From Candidatus Moraniibacteriota bacterium (GTDB lineage Bacteria; Patescibacteriota; Minisyncoccia; Moranbacterales; DUUL01), in the NCBI GenBank assembly GCA_041596615.1, contig JBFHIG010000007.1, forward strand, positions 1-59,180: DNA of 59,180 nucleotides. Reading direction: 5' to 3'. Every line of letters starts with the position of its first letter. Within the stretch, counting starts at the first letter, position 1. The position numbers and the translations under genes are program-made. The notes beneath the pieces were generated by a model that was not told the DNA's origin, ran no database searches, and saw nothing but the letters and a program-made list of their open reading frames with translations. This document shows, piece by piece, positions 8,379-18,273 of this stretch.

Positions 8379-9134
8379 TTATCTTCCCTTATTATTAAAC
8401 GTTTCAAAGGCCCTTATAACTTCCAGAGGAATTGCGAAAATTACGGTATTTGACTGGTCTGAACTAAGATCATTTAGGGTACTTAGCGTTCTAAGATGTA
8501 ATGCTCCCGGTGAAGCAGAAAGCGTATTTGCGGCTTTTGCAAGATTCTCCGAAGCTTGAACTTCTCCTTCCGCTTTAATAATAACAGCCCGTTTCTCCCT
8601 TTCAGCCTCTGCTTGCTTTCCAATCACACGTTTCATCTCTTCTGGAAGATTCACATCTTTCAGTTCCACTGATTGCACGTCAATACCCCAAACATCGGTT
8701 GCTTTATCAATAATTGAACGAATTTTATTCGCAATGTCATCACGATTTGCTAAAAGCTCATCAAGCGTCGCTTCTCCAACAGCGTTTCTCATTGTTGTTT
8801 GAGCAAGTTGAGAAACAGCAAAGAAAAAGTTCTCAACCTCCAAAATTGCTTTTTCTGCACTTGCAACTTTATAATAAATAACCGCGTTCACGCTAACCGA
8901 GATATTATCACGTGTAATTGCTTCTTGATCTGGCACATCAACAGCCTTGATTCGCATGTCGACTTTTCTATAACCTTGGAAAATTGGAATAATCAATCGC
9001 CAACCTGGCTCCATAATTCCAACGTATTTTCCTAAAGTAAATTTAATGCCTTTCTCATACTGATTAATCTGCTTAATTGAAACAAGAGCCACTGCTACCA
9101 AAAAAAGAAGTAAAGAAAATAATCCTGATCCCAT
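8379..9134 (-). CDS. SPFH/Band 7 (stomatin-like) membrane protein
   Basis: 251 aa. N-terminal TM segment followed by an SPFH core (EKGIKFTLGKY..VDVPDQEAITRDNISVSVNAVIYYKV..AQTTMRNAVG..VELKDVNLPEEM). Confidence 0.85.
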   Translation of the reverse strand: MGSGLFSLLLFLVAVALVSIKQINQYEKGIKFTLGKYVGIMEPGWRLIIPIFQGYRKVDMRIKAVDVPDQEAITRDNISVSVNAVIYYKVASAEKAILEVENFFFAVSQLAQTTMRNAVGEATLDELLANRDDIANKIRSIIDKATDVWGIDVQSVELKDVNLPEEMKRVIGKQAEAEREKRAVIIKAEGEVQASENLAKAANTLSASPGALHLRTLSTLNDLSSDQSNTVIFAIPLEVIRAFETFNNKGR

Positions 9135-9191
9135 CTTGATTATAATTAATTATTATCTATACTTTAACTATAGCATAAAAAATCTTTAAAA

Positions 9192-10304
9192 TCACTCCAT
9201 CTTAGAATATTTTGAAATATTCAACAAAACACCAACGGCTGACAAAACAAAGACTAAAGAGGTCGCACCATAACTAACAAATGGCAGGGGTATTCCTGTG
9301 AGTGGAATGATACCAATAATTGCAGCTATGTTTATAAACGCTTGAAATATAATCCAAGAAGAAACTCCTACTGCCACCAATGCTGAAAATTTATCTGGCG
9401 CATTTCTAGCAATTTTAAACCCCCTTAAGGCAAATAAAACAAACAGAATAAGTAGAATAATTGCACCAATCATCCCAAGTTCCTCGCTTATAATCGCATA
9501 AATGCTGTCCCCCACAGGTTCTGGAAGATAATTAAATTTTTGACGAGATTGTCCGAACCCTAGACCAAAAATTCCACCTGACCCAACAGCAATTAAGGCT
9601 TGGTTAATTTGATAGCCGATTCCTTGTGGATCAATCGTGGAATCTACAAAGGCTTTCAAACGATTTAAACGATATGGTGCAGCTGCAATTAAAATCGCAA
9701 GAAGCCCAAAGCCAGAAGCAATAAGCGCAAAAATAAACTTAATTGGTGCGCCAGAAGCAAAAAACATTATAAATGAGATAATTACAATTGCTCCTAAAGT
9801 ACCAACATCGGGTTGTTTGATTATCAAAAAACCTACCACTGCTAAAATTCCTAAAAAAGGAAGTAGCCCTTCTTTAAAGTCCATAATCATTTTTCCTCTA
9901 GATTCAATCCAAGAAGCAAGATATAGAATAATTGCTAATTTCATAAACTCTGCTGGCTGGAAACTAATTGGTCCCAAGGAAAGCCAACGACTAGCACCTT
10001 GCAATTTCATTCCAAGCCCTGGAATAAAAATTAAAACCAAAAAAACAATTGCTAAGATAAAGAGTGGTACTGCAATTTTTTTCCAAAAAGTATAATGTAT
10101 TTTCTGAACAATAAACAGGCATATTAAACCTGGAATTATACCATAAAAAAGTTGTCGTCTAAAAAGATGATATTCGTCACCAAATCTATCTTTAGAAATG
10201 GCCACTCCAGCAGAAGAAATCATTATTAAACCAAAAACAATAAGTATCAAAACTACTCCCAGAATAATAGAATCTACTTTTTTATTTTTATCTCCTTGTA
10301 CCAT
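9192..10304 (-). CDS. SEDS family protein (FtsW/RodA/SpoVE-type peptidoglycan glycosyltransferase)
   Basis: 370 aa with about 10 TM segments. Motifs SRWLSLGPISFQPAEFMK, QPDVGT, NYLPEPVGDSIYAIISEELG. Confidence 0.85.
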   Translation of the reverse strand: MVQGDKNKKVDSIILGVVLILIVFGLIMISSAGVAISKDRFGDEYHLFRRQLFYGIIPGLICLFIVQKIHYTFWKKIAVPLFILAIVFLVLIFIPGLGMKLQGASRWLSLGPISFQPAEFMKLAIILYLASWIESRGKMIMDFKEGLLPFLGILAVVGFLIIKQPDVGTLGAIVIISFIMFFASGAPIKFIFALIASGFGLLAILIAAAPYRLNRLKAFVDSTIDPQGIGYQINQALIAVGSGGIFGLGFGQSRQKFNYLPEPVGDSIYAIISEELGMIGAIILLILFVLFALRGFKIARNAPDKFSALVAVGVSSWIIFQAFINIAAIIGIIPLTGIPLPFVSYGATSLVFVLSAVGVLLNISKYSKME

Positions 10305-10326
10305 TTTTTATTCAAACAAGAATTAC

Positions 10327-10983
10327 CTACTTTTGCTTTTTTTCTTTACGCCAAGTCTCAATATTTTTATGATGCCCACTTAAAAGGACCTCTGGCACAC
10401 CCCAATTATTAAAACTATCTGGCTTTGTATAGACAGGGTAATCAAACGAACTATCTTCATTATGACTTTCACTCACCAATGATTCATTATTCCCCAGAAC
10501 CCCCGGTAGCAGTCTTGTAACCGAGTCTACAATCACCATAGCTGGCAATTCACCTCCTGTTAAAATATACCTTCCAATAGATATCTCGGTATCCGCAATG
10601 TTTTCAGCAACTCTCTCATCAACCCCTTCATATCTACCACAAATAATAACTATGTGTTTAATTTTAGTAATTTCATTAGCCATATTCTGAGAAAATTCTT
10701 GCCCCTTCGCAGAAGTTAAAAAAATTCTCATTGTCTCATTTTTCCCAATCTCTTCTTTTTTTATTTTTTCTATGCACCTATAAATAGGTTCTATTTTCAA
10801 AACCATCCCGGGGCCACCCCCATAAGGAGTGTCGTCAACAGTTTTGTGCTTATCGTCTGTATAGTCACGTAAATTATAAATTTTAATTTCAATTTTTTCG
10901 CTCTCTTTAGCGCGCTTAATAATGCTCTCTTTAAAATATGAATCGAAAATATCTGGAAAAATTGTAATAATATGAAAAATCAT
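10327..10983 (-). CDS. trmD: tRNA (guanine37-N1)-methyltransferase
   Basis: 218 aa. IITIFPDIF..DDTPYGGGPGMVL..ICGRYEGVDERV..SIGRYILTGGELPAMVIVDSV. Confidence 0.92.
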   Translation of the reverse strand: MIFHIITIFPDIFDSYFKESIIKRAKESEKIEIKIYNLRDYTDDKHKTVDDTPYGGGPGMVLKIEPIYRCIEKIKKEEIGKNETMRIFLTSAKGQEFSQNMANEITKIKHIVIICGRYEGVDERVAENIADTEISIGRYILTGGELPAMVIVDSVTRLLPGVLGNNESLVSESHNEDSSFDYPVYTKPDSFNNWGVPEVLLSGHHKNIETWRKEKKQK

Positions 10984-11062
10984 AGAACTGCTCTAAAAAT
11001 TAAATCAAAAAACCGTGTCCTTATATTAACACGGTTTTGAGCTATACAAAAGTCTGTAGACT

Positions 11063-11389
11063 TTAGTTAATATCATTTACGATGTCATCAATACTCTTCT
11101 CTTTGTCTTCCCTCTTTTGTTCAGAAGAGACTCTTTCAGAACCTTCAGGCTCGTTAATTTTAAGATTAACACGAGCATTATTTCTAGCACCAACAACTCT
11201 AAGCAATGTTCTAATTGCTTTTGCTGTTGACCCCTGCCTACCAATGATCATTCCCATATCTTTTGGGTTTACGCTAAGTGTAATGAGCACTCCTCGCTCA
11301 TCAACAACTCTTTCAACCACAACATCTTCAGGAACATCCACTATAGACTTTACAATGAATTCGAGAAATTCTTTGTCTTTTCCTTCCAT
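11063..11389 (-). CDS. KH-domain RNA-binding protein (KhpA/UPF0109-like)
   Basis: 108 aa. KH GXXG motif (IIGRQGSTAKAIRTLL). It sits immediately upstream of trmD, as in the rpsP-KH-rimM-trmD clusters of other bacteria. The C-terminal tail is acidic/basic. Confidence 0.8.
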   Translation of the reverse strand: MEGKDKEFLEFIVKSIVDVPEDVVVERVVDERGVLITLSVNPKDMGMIIGRQGSTAKAIRTLLRVVGARNNARVNLKINEPEGSERVSSEQKREDKEKSIDDIVNDIN

Positions 11390-11548
11390 TGTTCAAATCA
11401 GTTAATTCTAAATTCTCTATATCCCTTTGTTGACATCGACCTTTTAATAAGTGCCCGGGATTATTAAAATTATATCAAAACCCTATTTCAGTGTCAATTT
11501 AAATTTCTTATTATTTAAATTGAATCGCTTTTAAAACTTTGTTTAATC

Positions 11549-11717
11549 CTATAAGCTAACTTCTTCCCAATCAACCGTTTTTCGGCAAGATTTAGCGCAT
11601 TCATACATATAATCAGAAGCATCGGCCAAACATTTTCCATCCACTGGAAATGTTATTTCTGAAAAACAAATTTTGTTTCTGCACATTTCCAACAAGATAC
11701 GGTAGGAGGTGAAATAG
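11549..11717 (-). pseudogene. Frameshifted orphan copy of the Cys-rich C-terminal module of the 1277-aa surface protein
   Basis: The minus strand reads SPPTVSCWKCAETK, then a 1-nt deletion relative to the parent, then FSEITFPVDGKCLADASDYMYECAKSCRKTVDWEEVSL*. This is colinear with the parent end SPPPISCWKCSETRTCFSEITFPISGKCPSDAYDSMYECAKSCRKPVDWQEIDS* (11733-11894). Confidence 0.65.
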
Positions 11718-11729
11718 AAAAACCCTGTC

Positions 11730-14700
11730 TTATGAATCTATCTCTTGCCAATCAACTGGTTTTCTACAAGATTTAGCACATTCATACATGGAATCGTAGG
11801 CGTCACTTGGACATTTTCCACTAATTGGAAATGTTATCTCTGAAAAACAAGTTCTGGTCTCACTGCATTTCCAACAAGAAATGGGAGGGGGTGAAACAGT
11901 CACCTTGGTCTCTCCCTTAGCTTCTTTATACACAGCGGAAACAGGAACTGGCCCTCCGGTTAATTCCGTAAATTGCAGACCAGTCGCTAGACCTGAAGAA
12001 GAAATTGTTACTACAGAATCATTTAAACTGCTCCAATCAGTTGTAAACCCATCGTGTCCGTTTGTAATATCCCAAGACCCTACAATATTTGAACAAGAAA
12101 AGCCAATATCAGCATTTAACTTAAATCGTGCTGTTAATTGTATTGTATTGCCAGTATTAATAATCCTCGCTGGACTTGGGCAAACAATAACCTTAGCGAC
12201 AATAATTGGTACTGTTGCTGTCACTTCTCCACCACTATTGCCACAAACCATTTTATAAGTAGTGGAAACTGTTGGTGATAAAGTATCGCTCCCAACAGTT
12301 GTTTTTCCTCCGATAAAAACTCCGTTAGGATCAATCGCATAACAGTAAGAAGCATTAGATGCAGACCAGGAAAGTGTGGTACTACTACCGGCAGAAACAT
12401 CGTATCTACTTGCATTGAAAAAAATCACAACACCTGGAGGAGACCCACCAATCACAACATCAACAAAAGCAGTTCTGATACCAGCCGTGTTTGAACAATT
12501 CAACTCAAATCTAGTTGTTGTGGCCAATGATGTTGTTAATTCCTGACCACCACCAGCGGCCTTTGTTCCACTCCAACCATTTGAAGCTACACAACTTTCT
12601 GCATTTTCAACATACCATCTCAACATTGTCTTTCCACCAACAGGCAAGGCCATTTCATCAGCCCAAAAACTGATACTAGGAACGGCTAATTCCGTACCAC
12701 CTTTATTAATTCTCACAATAGCAGACATTGAGCCATAAGCATTTCCACATGTCAAAACTAATTCATTTTGATCACCGCTAAATGTGAGTGTCTGCGAACC
12801 AGAAGATGAACTTTTAGCACCACTCCACGGCCCATTAATGGGATTAGCGCTGGCACTACACCAAGTTGCGTTTGAAACATTCCATTTTAAGGTATATTCC
12901 TCCCCTTCATTGACTATATATTTGTCTGAAGTAAAGTTTGTTTGTGGTGCTATACCGGAAGAAGATCCCACTGTAACTCTTTTAGATACGGTGGTTTCCG
13001 TCCCTTCCGAATTAGCACACCTTAGATAAAAATATGTTGCGGTTTTCAAATTAGAAGTTAGTTGTAAGCCGCTAACAGCTCTTGAGCCTGTCCAAGTAGG
13101 TTCTGCAGGACTTGCCCATGCCAAACAACTATCAGCGTAATCAGCAAACCAAGAGATTGTTGCCGGAGAATTATATGCAACCATCGATGGCGCACTCATT
13201 GTAATTGAAGGTGGGTGATCACCAGCGTTAATATAGACAACTTTCCAGTTTGTGTTCGAAGTATAATTCCAACACCTCAAAAGCAATGGCGTGTTGTATT
13301 TAGTTATCGGACCAATTGTCACTGTTGATTCCATACCAGCAACTTGATTTTGATATTTCCCCCAATTTGAAAAATTATCATATGAGTAAGATTCGCACCA
13401 GTTTGCGTTCTTTCCGTTCCACGTTAAGTTTATATAGGAATTCAGTTCTATTTCCGTATTATCAGGATAAAAAATTAATTCAACATCACTAACTGCATCA
13501 ACAGTGATCACAACAGAATCAGAAACCGTTCCCCTGACATTCTCACAAGTAATCTCAAAAAGTGTTGTACTTGTTAAGTTAGTTGTTACTTCTTCGCCAG
13601 AAGACAACGCCTTGTCTCCACTCCATGGACCTCTTGAGGCCCAACAGCTATCTGCATTATTTGTTGTCCAGCGAAGAGTGGTTGAGCCATTGCCATAAAA
13701 ACTGTATTTATCAGCTTGCAAATCGACCATTGGTGGATCACTGGGTATTCCAATAACATCGATTGTAACGTTATTACTACTTTTTCCTCCATCACCGACA
13801 CATGTCATATTATAATCTTTTGGCAAATACAAACTACCGGTATCAATACTGCCATTCGTAGCTACACTCCCCACCCCAGAGAGCACACAACTTGTTGCAT
13901 CAGTGGTGGTCCACTTAAGGATTGTGCTTCTACCGTAGTCAACCGGATTCAAATCGGGAGAAATCTTTATTATTGGAGGAAATCCAATTGGAACAACATT
14001 TATAGTTACTGATGTTGAAGTTGATCCAGCCTCATTTCCGCACTCAAGTTTATAAGTAACATCGGCAATTAAATCAGCCGTGTACCTATTTCCATCAGCA
14101 CCGACGCTTTCACTTAAACCTCTATAACTCAACTTACACCAGTCAGCATCTTCAGATTTCCATCTAACAACAGTCCCATTGTTATATGGAACAATCCCAA
14201 GGTCAGAAGAAATGTTTACCGTTGGCGGGACAGTTGGGTCTCCAACATTAACATTAACCGTTTCATTCACAAAACCTCCATCCCCTGTAGCTATCAAGGA
14301 ATATTTTTTATCTTCTACCAAATTACCCGTTGATTCATTCCCACTTGGCATTGCCTTGAATCCACTCCAATCACCAGAAGCCTCTAGAGTATTGGTATCT
14401 GCAACATTCCAACCAAGATTGGTTGAGGTATTGTAAGCAATACCGCTATCTTTAGACGAAAAATCCAAAGAAGGTGCAGGTGCGGGGTTAGGCCCCACCT
14501 TTATGGTTACTGTGTCATCTGCAACTCCAATGCTATTATAACATCTCACTGTAAAAGTCTTATCAAAAAGCAAGTTACTAGAAGTATAACTGCTCTTAAC
14601 TGGAAGATTTCCCGTCCAAGATCCATAGTAAACTCTACAGTAACTTGCATTTTCTGATGTCCAACTTATTTTAGCTGGGGTATTATACTCGATATTTAAA

Positions 14701-15563
14701 TTATTTGTTGTTGCATCAACAGTAACTGGCAACACTACTTTCGGAGCAACAACGACCGTAACATTTCTCAAAACACTACTTCCCTCTGAATTTGAACAAT
14801 ATAATGAATACGTTTTATTTGAGGTAAGGGCTGGGGTGTCATACAAACCACCCGTCTTATCCTTAGAACCACTCCAAGAACCAGAGGCTGTGCAAAAATC
14901 AGCGTTGGTAGCGCTCCAACGCAAAGTAGTTTTCTCCTCATAGTTAATAAAGTACTTATCGGCTTTAAAAACAAGCTCTACTTGGAGCGTTGGATTTGAA
15001 ATTGAAATTACAATAAGTCTTTCCACTTCGCCACCATCACCAACGCATCGGACGCCAAAAGATTTTTCGGAAATTAAATTTCCACTAGCCTCTGTACCAG
15101 AAGTTGTTGTGTTTCCGGACCAATCACCATATTTTTCACAATAGTTGGCATTAGTTGAGCTCCAGCTCAAATTTGTTGAGGTGTTATATTCGATCAGCTC
15201 ATCAGAAGCTGAAAAAGATAATGTTGGGGGGCTAGCAACCACAATATTAACATCAGCAATAGAAACTTTGCCGTCTGCATCAACACAGGATAACGTAAAC
15301 TTCTTAGCTCCAGCAGCAAGGTTTGCAGTCTTTTCTGATCCAATTAAAGATTTGTTGCCACTCCATTCTCCTGATGCTGTACAAGATGTGGCGTCAGTAA
15401 CAGACCAATTAAGAGTTGTAGATGAATTTGCTGGAATAACCGCCTTATCAGCGGTGAAAATATTAATATTCGGCGCAGCAAAGGCGACGTTAAAATAAAG
15501 AAATCCCATCCCAATTCCAATCACAGCTCCCCAAACAACTGTGGTTTTCTTTAATGACCACAT
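11730..15563 (-). CDS. Giant secreted/cell-surface protein: 13 tandem Ig-like modules + Big_2-like domain + 6-Cys C-terminal module
   Basis: 1277 aa with an N-terminal signal/anchor (VVWGAVIGIGMGFLYFNVAFA). It has 13 repeats of about 90-100 aa. Each repeat carries L-x-W-x3-(N/D)-A-x2-C...G-x-WSG and a second Cys (e.g. FTLSCVDADG, YKMVCGNSGG). The C-terminus ends in CWKC..C..C..C..C. Confidence 0.85.
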   Translation of the reverse strand: MWSLKKTTVVWGAVIGIGMGFLYFNVAFAAPNINIFTADKAVIPANSSTTLNWSVTDATSCTASGEWSGNKSLIGSEKTANLAAGAKKFTLSCVDADGKVSIADVNIVVASPPTLSFSASDELIEYNTSTNLSWSSTNANYCEKYGDWSGNTTTSGTEASGNLISEKSFGVRCVGDGGEVERLIVISISNPTLQVELVFKADKYFINYEEKTTLRWSATNADFCTASGSWSGSKDKTGGLYDTPALTSNKTYSLYCSNSEGSSVLRNVTVVVAPKVVLPVTVDATTNNLNIEYNTPAKISWTSENASYCRVYYGSWTGNLPVKSSYTSSNLLFDKTFTVRCYNSIGVADDTVTIKVGPNPAPAPSLDFSSKDSGIAYNTSTNLGWNVADTNTLEASGDWSGFKAMPSGNESTGNLVEDKKYSLIATGDGGFVNETVNVNVGDPTVPPTVNISSDLGIVPYNNGTVVRWKSEDADWCKLSYRGLSESVGADGNRYTADLIADVTYKLECGNEAGSTSTSVTINVVPIGFPPIIKISPDLNPVDYGRSTILKWTTTDATSCVLSGVGSVATNGSIDTGSLYLPKDYNMTCVGDGGKSSNNVTIDVIGIPSDPPMVDLQADKYSFYGNGSTTLRWTTNNADSCWASRGPWSGDKALSSGEEVTTNLTSTTLFEITCENVRGTVSDSVVITVDAVSDVELIFYPDNTEIELNSYINLTWNGKNANWCESYSYDNFSNWGKYQNQVAGMESTVTIGPITKYNTPLLLRCWNYTSNTNWKVVYINAGDHPPSITMSAPSMVAYNSPATISWFADYADSCLAWASPAEPTWTGSRAVSGLQLTSNLKTATYFYLRCANSEGTETTVSKRVTVGSSSGIAPQTNFTSDKYIVNEGEEYTLKWNVSNATWCSASANPINGPWSGAKSSSSGSQTLTFSGDQNELVLTCGNAYGSMSAIVRINKGGTELAVPSISFWADEMALPVGGKTMLRWYVENAESCVASNGWSGTKAAGGGQELTTSLATTTRFELNCSNTAGIRTAFVDVVIGGSPPGVVIFFNASRYDVSAGSSTTLSWSASNASYCYAIDPNGVFIGGKTTVGSDTLSPTVSTTYKMVCGNSGGEVTATVPIIVAKVIVCPSPARIINTGNTIQLTARFKLNADIGFSCSNIVGSWDITNGHDGFTTDWSSLNDSVVTISSSGLATGLQFTELTGGPVPVSAVYKEAKGETKVTVSPPPISCWKCSETRTCFSEITFPISGKCPSDAYDSMYECAKSCRKPVDWQEIDS
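12198..15458 (-). repeat. Internal tandem coding repeats (13 divergent modules of ~285 nt)
   Basis: The LxWxxxNAxxC / WSG / xxCxNxxG pattern recurs through the translated ORF. The copies are divergent at the DNA level. Confidence 0.7.
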
Positions 15564-15598
15564 GGTTTTTATTTTTATTAAAAATTTTTAGAAACTAG

Positions 15599-16105
15599 TC
15601 ATTGCACTCTGAAATTTAATTCAACTGAAATAGCTGTAAAATTTTCCACAAGCTTCGGGTTTCTTCCAGCGTCAACCTTAACTTGATCACCAGATTTAAT
15701 ATCCTCCAAAGAATCAAATCCAATTAATTTTGTATTTTCATCAACTGCTACTTTAAAGGTTTTTTTCATGGTTGGAATATCAACAGAATCACCTACAAAA
15801 TCACTTGATTTCATATTTTCTAAAGCCTCAAGGTCATCTATTGTGCCATCAATTTCTAAAATCTTAACATTAATTCCCTTGGGAGAAGTTACTGAACCAA
15901 CTATGCCATTAAAACTAGTTTCTGGCTTTGATGCTTCTAATTGACTTTCCTTAACAATTTCACCTCTCTGTTCCGTACTGAGATTAGCTACTGAAGAGGT
16001 ACTTTTTGGATTCTTCCCCCCATTCTTACACATGACAAAGAAAGACAGAATCACAAAAGAAACCAAAACAATTGTGACCAATGAAATTAATATTGACTTT
16101 TTCAT
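15599..16105 (-). CDS. Small exported/membrane-anchored protein, unknown function
   Basis: 168 aa. N-terminal hydrophobic anchor ending in Cys (ILSFFVMC). It lies 36 nt upstream of the giant surface protein gene on the same strand. Confidence 0.6.
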   Translation of the reverse strand: MKKSILISLVTIVLVSFVILSFFVMCKNGGKNPKSTSSVANLSTEQRGEIVKESQLEASKPETSFNGIVGSVTSPKGINVKILEIDGTIDDLEALENMKSSDFVGDSVDIPTMKKTFKVAVDENTKLIGFDSLEDIKSGDQVKVDAGRNPKLVENFTAISVELNFRVQ

Positions 16106-16193
16106 TTTTTATTTTTTTATTTATAAATCTATTATAAACTTATACTTATTTTAACACTCCTGCATTGTGTGTCAAACATATCCTCTTAAAAAC

Positions 16194-17423
16194 TCACTTT
16201 TCCACAAAAAATAAAGCAGCCTTGGCACCCTTTTTTATTTCATTTTTATTCCCAGTATAATCATGAATTGCATCCATGATTGTGTCGATTTTATATCTAT
16301 ATTTCTCCCCCCTTCTTGTTCCGGGATCATTTGTTATAAATTCATCTCCCTCAAACCCAATAATAACAAGATTGTGGTATAGTGGTCCTAGCCCTGAAAA
16401 ATTTGGGTTACCAAGCATTCTACCAGCAGTTGGTACTATTACTGGATATCCCTGTATCAAGCTTTTTATGATATCCTCTTTTATTAGATCATATTTAACG
16501 GTAACATCTTTTAAATCAAAATAATCTCTGGCAATCTCAGAAAGCTCTTTCATATCACTGTCAATAAAGTGCCCATTTTTCTCAAGCTGATAATCCTTCA
16601 TTTTTTGAATTTCTTCTTCAGCTACTTGAGGGGTTAAATCTTTTTTGTCTAAGTAATATTTAACCATGATTAGACTCATTTCTTCGCAAGCCTCCTCATG
16701 AACTTCATCCCAAACTCCAAAAGGAGCCTGCGAAGAAAATGGCACCGGAAGTAGAATTTTATCAGGGACAACACTCTTTTGTGGATTCTGATCCATTTTT
16801 TCCTCACCCTTATTCTTCTCGATCTCCGCTAAAGATTCTTTCTTTTTTACCTCAACCTCAACTTTAAAGTCTTCCCCTTTCTCTCTTAGCTCAGTTGCTT
16901 GGTCTAAATAATTAACTTGAGTCTCTTGCTCCTCTGATGAAAAATTTTTCGAAAAAATTTCATTTACCATGAAATTTAATAAAAAAAATATTGCTGCTAA
17001 ATTCATAAAAATAGATAATGTCAGCAGCAACCTTCTTCTTGTAAATAATATAAATGCCAAAATCTGTAAAAACAAAAAAGCCCCTAGAGAATCAACCAAA
17101 ACATCTTTTAAATTTCCATCCCTTCCGAGAATAAAAGTTTGATGAAATTCATCAGTCAAAGCGAAAAGTGCTGTTATTAAAAAAGTCGCAAAAAAAATCA
17201 GTATTCCCTTACTCTTATATCTCTTTGTTAATGGCAAAAATATCAAAAGAGCCAAGACACCAAATTCACCGATATGTGCAAATTTACGCAAAACAAATGA
17301 TTCTACTCCCCCAGAACCGATTGTTAAACTCGGTTCATTTGAAAAATAAAAAATAACAGATAACCAAACCATAGCTGGTATCCAAAATCTAATCTTTTTT
17401 TCTAAAACTTTAACTTTAATCAT
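16194..17423 (-). CDS. VanZ-like membrane domain fused to a C39-like (papain-fold) peptidase domain
   Basis: 409 aa. The N-terminus has VanZ motifs (KFAHIGEFGVLALL..DEFHQTF..DVLVDSLGA) and about 5 TM segments. The C-terminus reads VPFSSQAPFGVWDEVHEEACEEMSLIMV..GNPNFSG..YHNLVIIGF..FITNDPG, typical of Peptidase_C39_2-like proteins. Confidence 0.6.
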   Translation of the reverse strand: MIKVKVLEKKIRFWIPAMVWLSVIFYFSNEPSLTIGSGGVESFVLRKFAHIGEFGVLALLIFLPLTKRYKSKGILIFFATFLITALFALTDEFHQTFILGRDGNLKDVLVDSLGAFLFLQILAFILFTRRRLLLTLSIFMNLAAIFFLLNFMVNEIFSKNFSSEEQETQVNYLDQATELREKGEDFKVEVEVKKKESLAEIEKNKGEEKMDQNPQKSVVPDKILLPVPFSSQAPFGVWDEVHEEACEEMSLIMVKYYLDKKDLTPQVAEEEIQKMKDYQLEKNGHFIDSDMKELSEIARDYFDLKDVTVKYDLIKEDIIKSLIQGYPVIVPTAGRMLGNPNFSGLGPLYHNLVIIGFEGDEFITNDPGTRRGEKYRYKIDTIMDAIHDYTGNKNEIKKGAKAALFFVEK

Positions 17424-17568
17424 TAAATAAACTATTAAGCACTGCTTTATTTTCCCTCTAAAATATCTTTTAACACTCTATGAAAAGCGTGTATTGGCAA
17501 CCAAAACCACAGCATTTTTTCAATAAAAAATTCAAAGAAAGCATTTATCATTTTTTCATCTTAAACAA

Positions 17569-18270
17569 TTAAAATCTCTTTTCCATTTCATAGATAACGT
17601 CCTTCTTTTCCACTACGATTTGCCATTTTTCTTTTTCGGCAATTTTTCTTAGATTCATATTTGGGTTAAACGCAATTGGGTTATCAACCAACTCTAAGAA
17701 TTTTGCGTCTGATTCTGTATCACCAATACCGAAAGAATCATTTAATGTGAGTTCATGTTCTGCCACAAACTGCTTAACTACCAAACCCTTGTCTATGGTT
17801 GGTTCAAAGGTAGCCTTTCCCGTATATTTCATTCCGTCATCTAGTCCATAAACGGTCCCATAATGAGCATCGAAGTTAAAAATGTTCGCATATTCTTCCA
17901 CGATTTCAGAAGGTGAGCCTGATATTATTAACATGGTATGATTTTTGCGCATTTTTTCAATCATTTTTTTTGCAAAAATATAAATTCTTTTTGCATGAAA
18001 ATTTGCCACATTCTTTGATGCCGAAACAATATCTGATTTTTTACATCCTTTAATATTTTCCTCATACAGTGAAACTAATTTATTTCTATATGCCTCATAA
18101 GTTCCTTCATTGTCAAGCCAATTGCCATAGAAATTTTGTAACTCTGCTTTCACTTCCTTTCTAAAAACGCCCCCATAAACAAGTTCGTTTATTAATTCAA
18201 AATGCAAATTCTTTCTAAAAATTGTTCCGTCAATATCAAATATCGCTAATTTATTTTTCTTCATTCTCAT
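17569..18270 (-). CDS. HAD-IB family hydrolase (SerB-like phosphatase)
   Basis: 233 aa. HAD motif I AIFDIDGTIF, motif III/IV region GIGDTESDAKFLE. Confidence 0.75.
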   Translation of the reverse strand: MRMKKNKLAIFDIDGTIFRKNLHFELINELVYGGVFRKEVKAELQNFYGNWLDNEGTYEAYRNKLVSLYEENIKGCKKSDIVSASKNVANFHAKRIYIFAKKMIEKMRKNHTMLIISGSPSEIVEEYANIFNFDAHYGTVYGLDDGMKYTGKATFEPTIDKGLVVKQFVAEHELTLNDSFGIGDTESDAKFLELVDNPIAFNPNMNLRKIAEKEKWQIVVEKKDVIYEMEKRF

Positions 18271-18273
18271 TCA

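Noticed and set aside
11549-11900. Diversity-generating retroelement (TR/VR pair) explanation for the duplicated 3' module of the giant surface protein.
   Set aside because: Mismatches between the two copies involve all four bases in both copies rather than being confined to adenines of one copy. One copy is frameshifted. No reverse transcriptase gene is present in the window.
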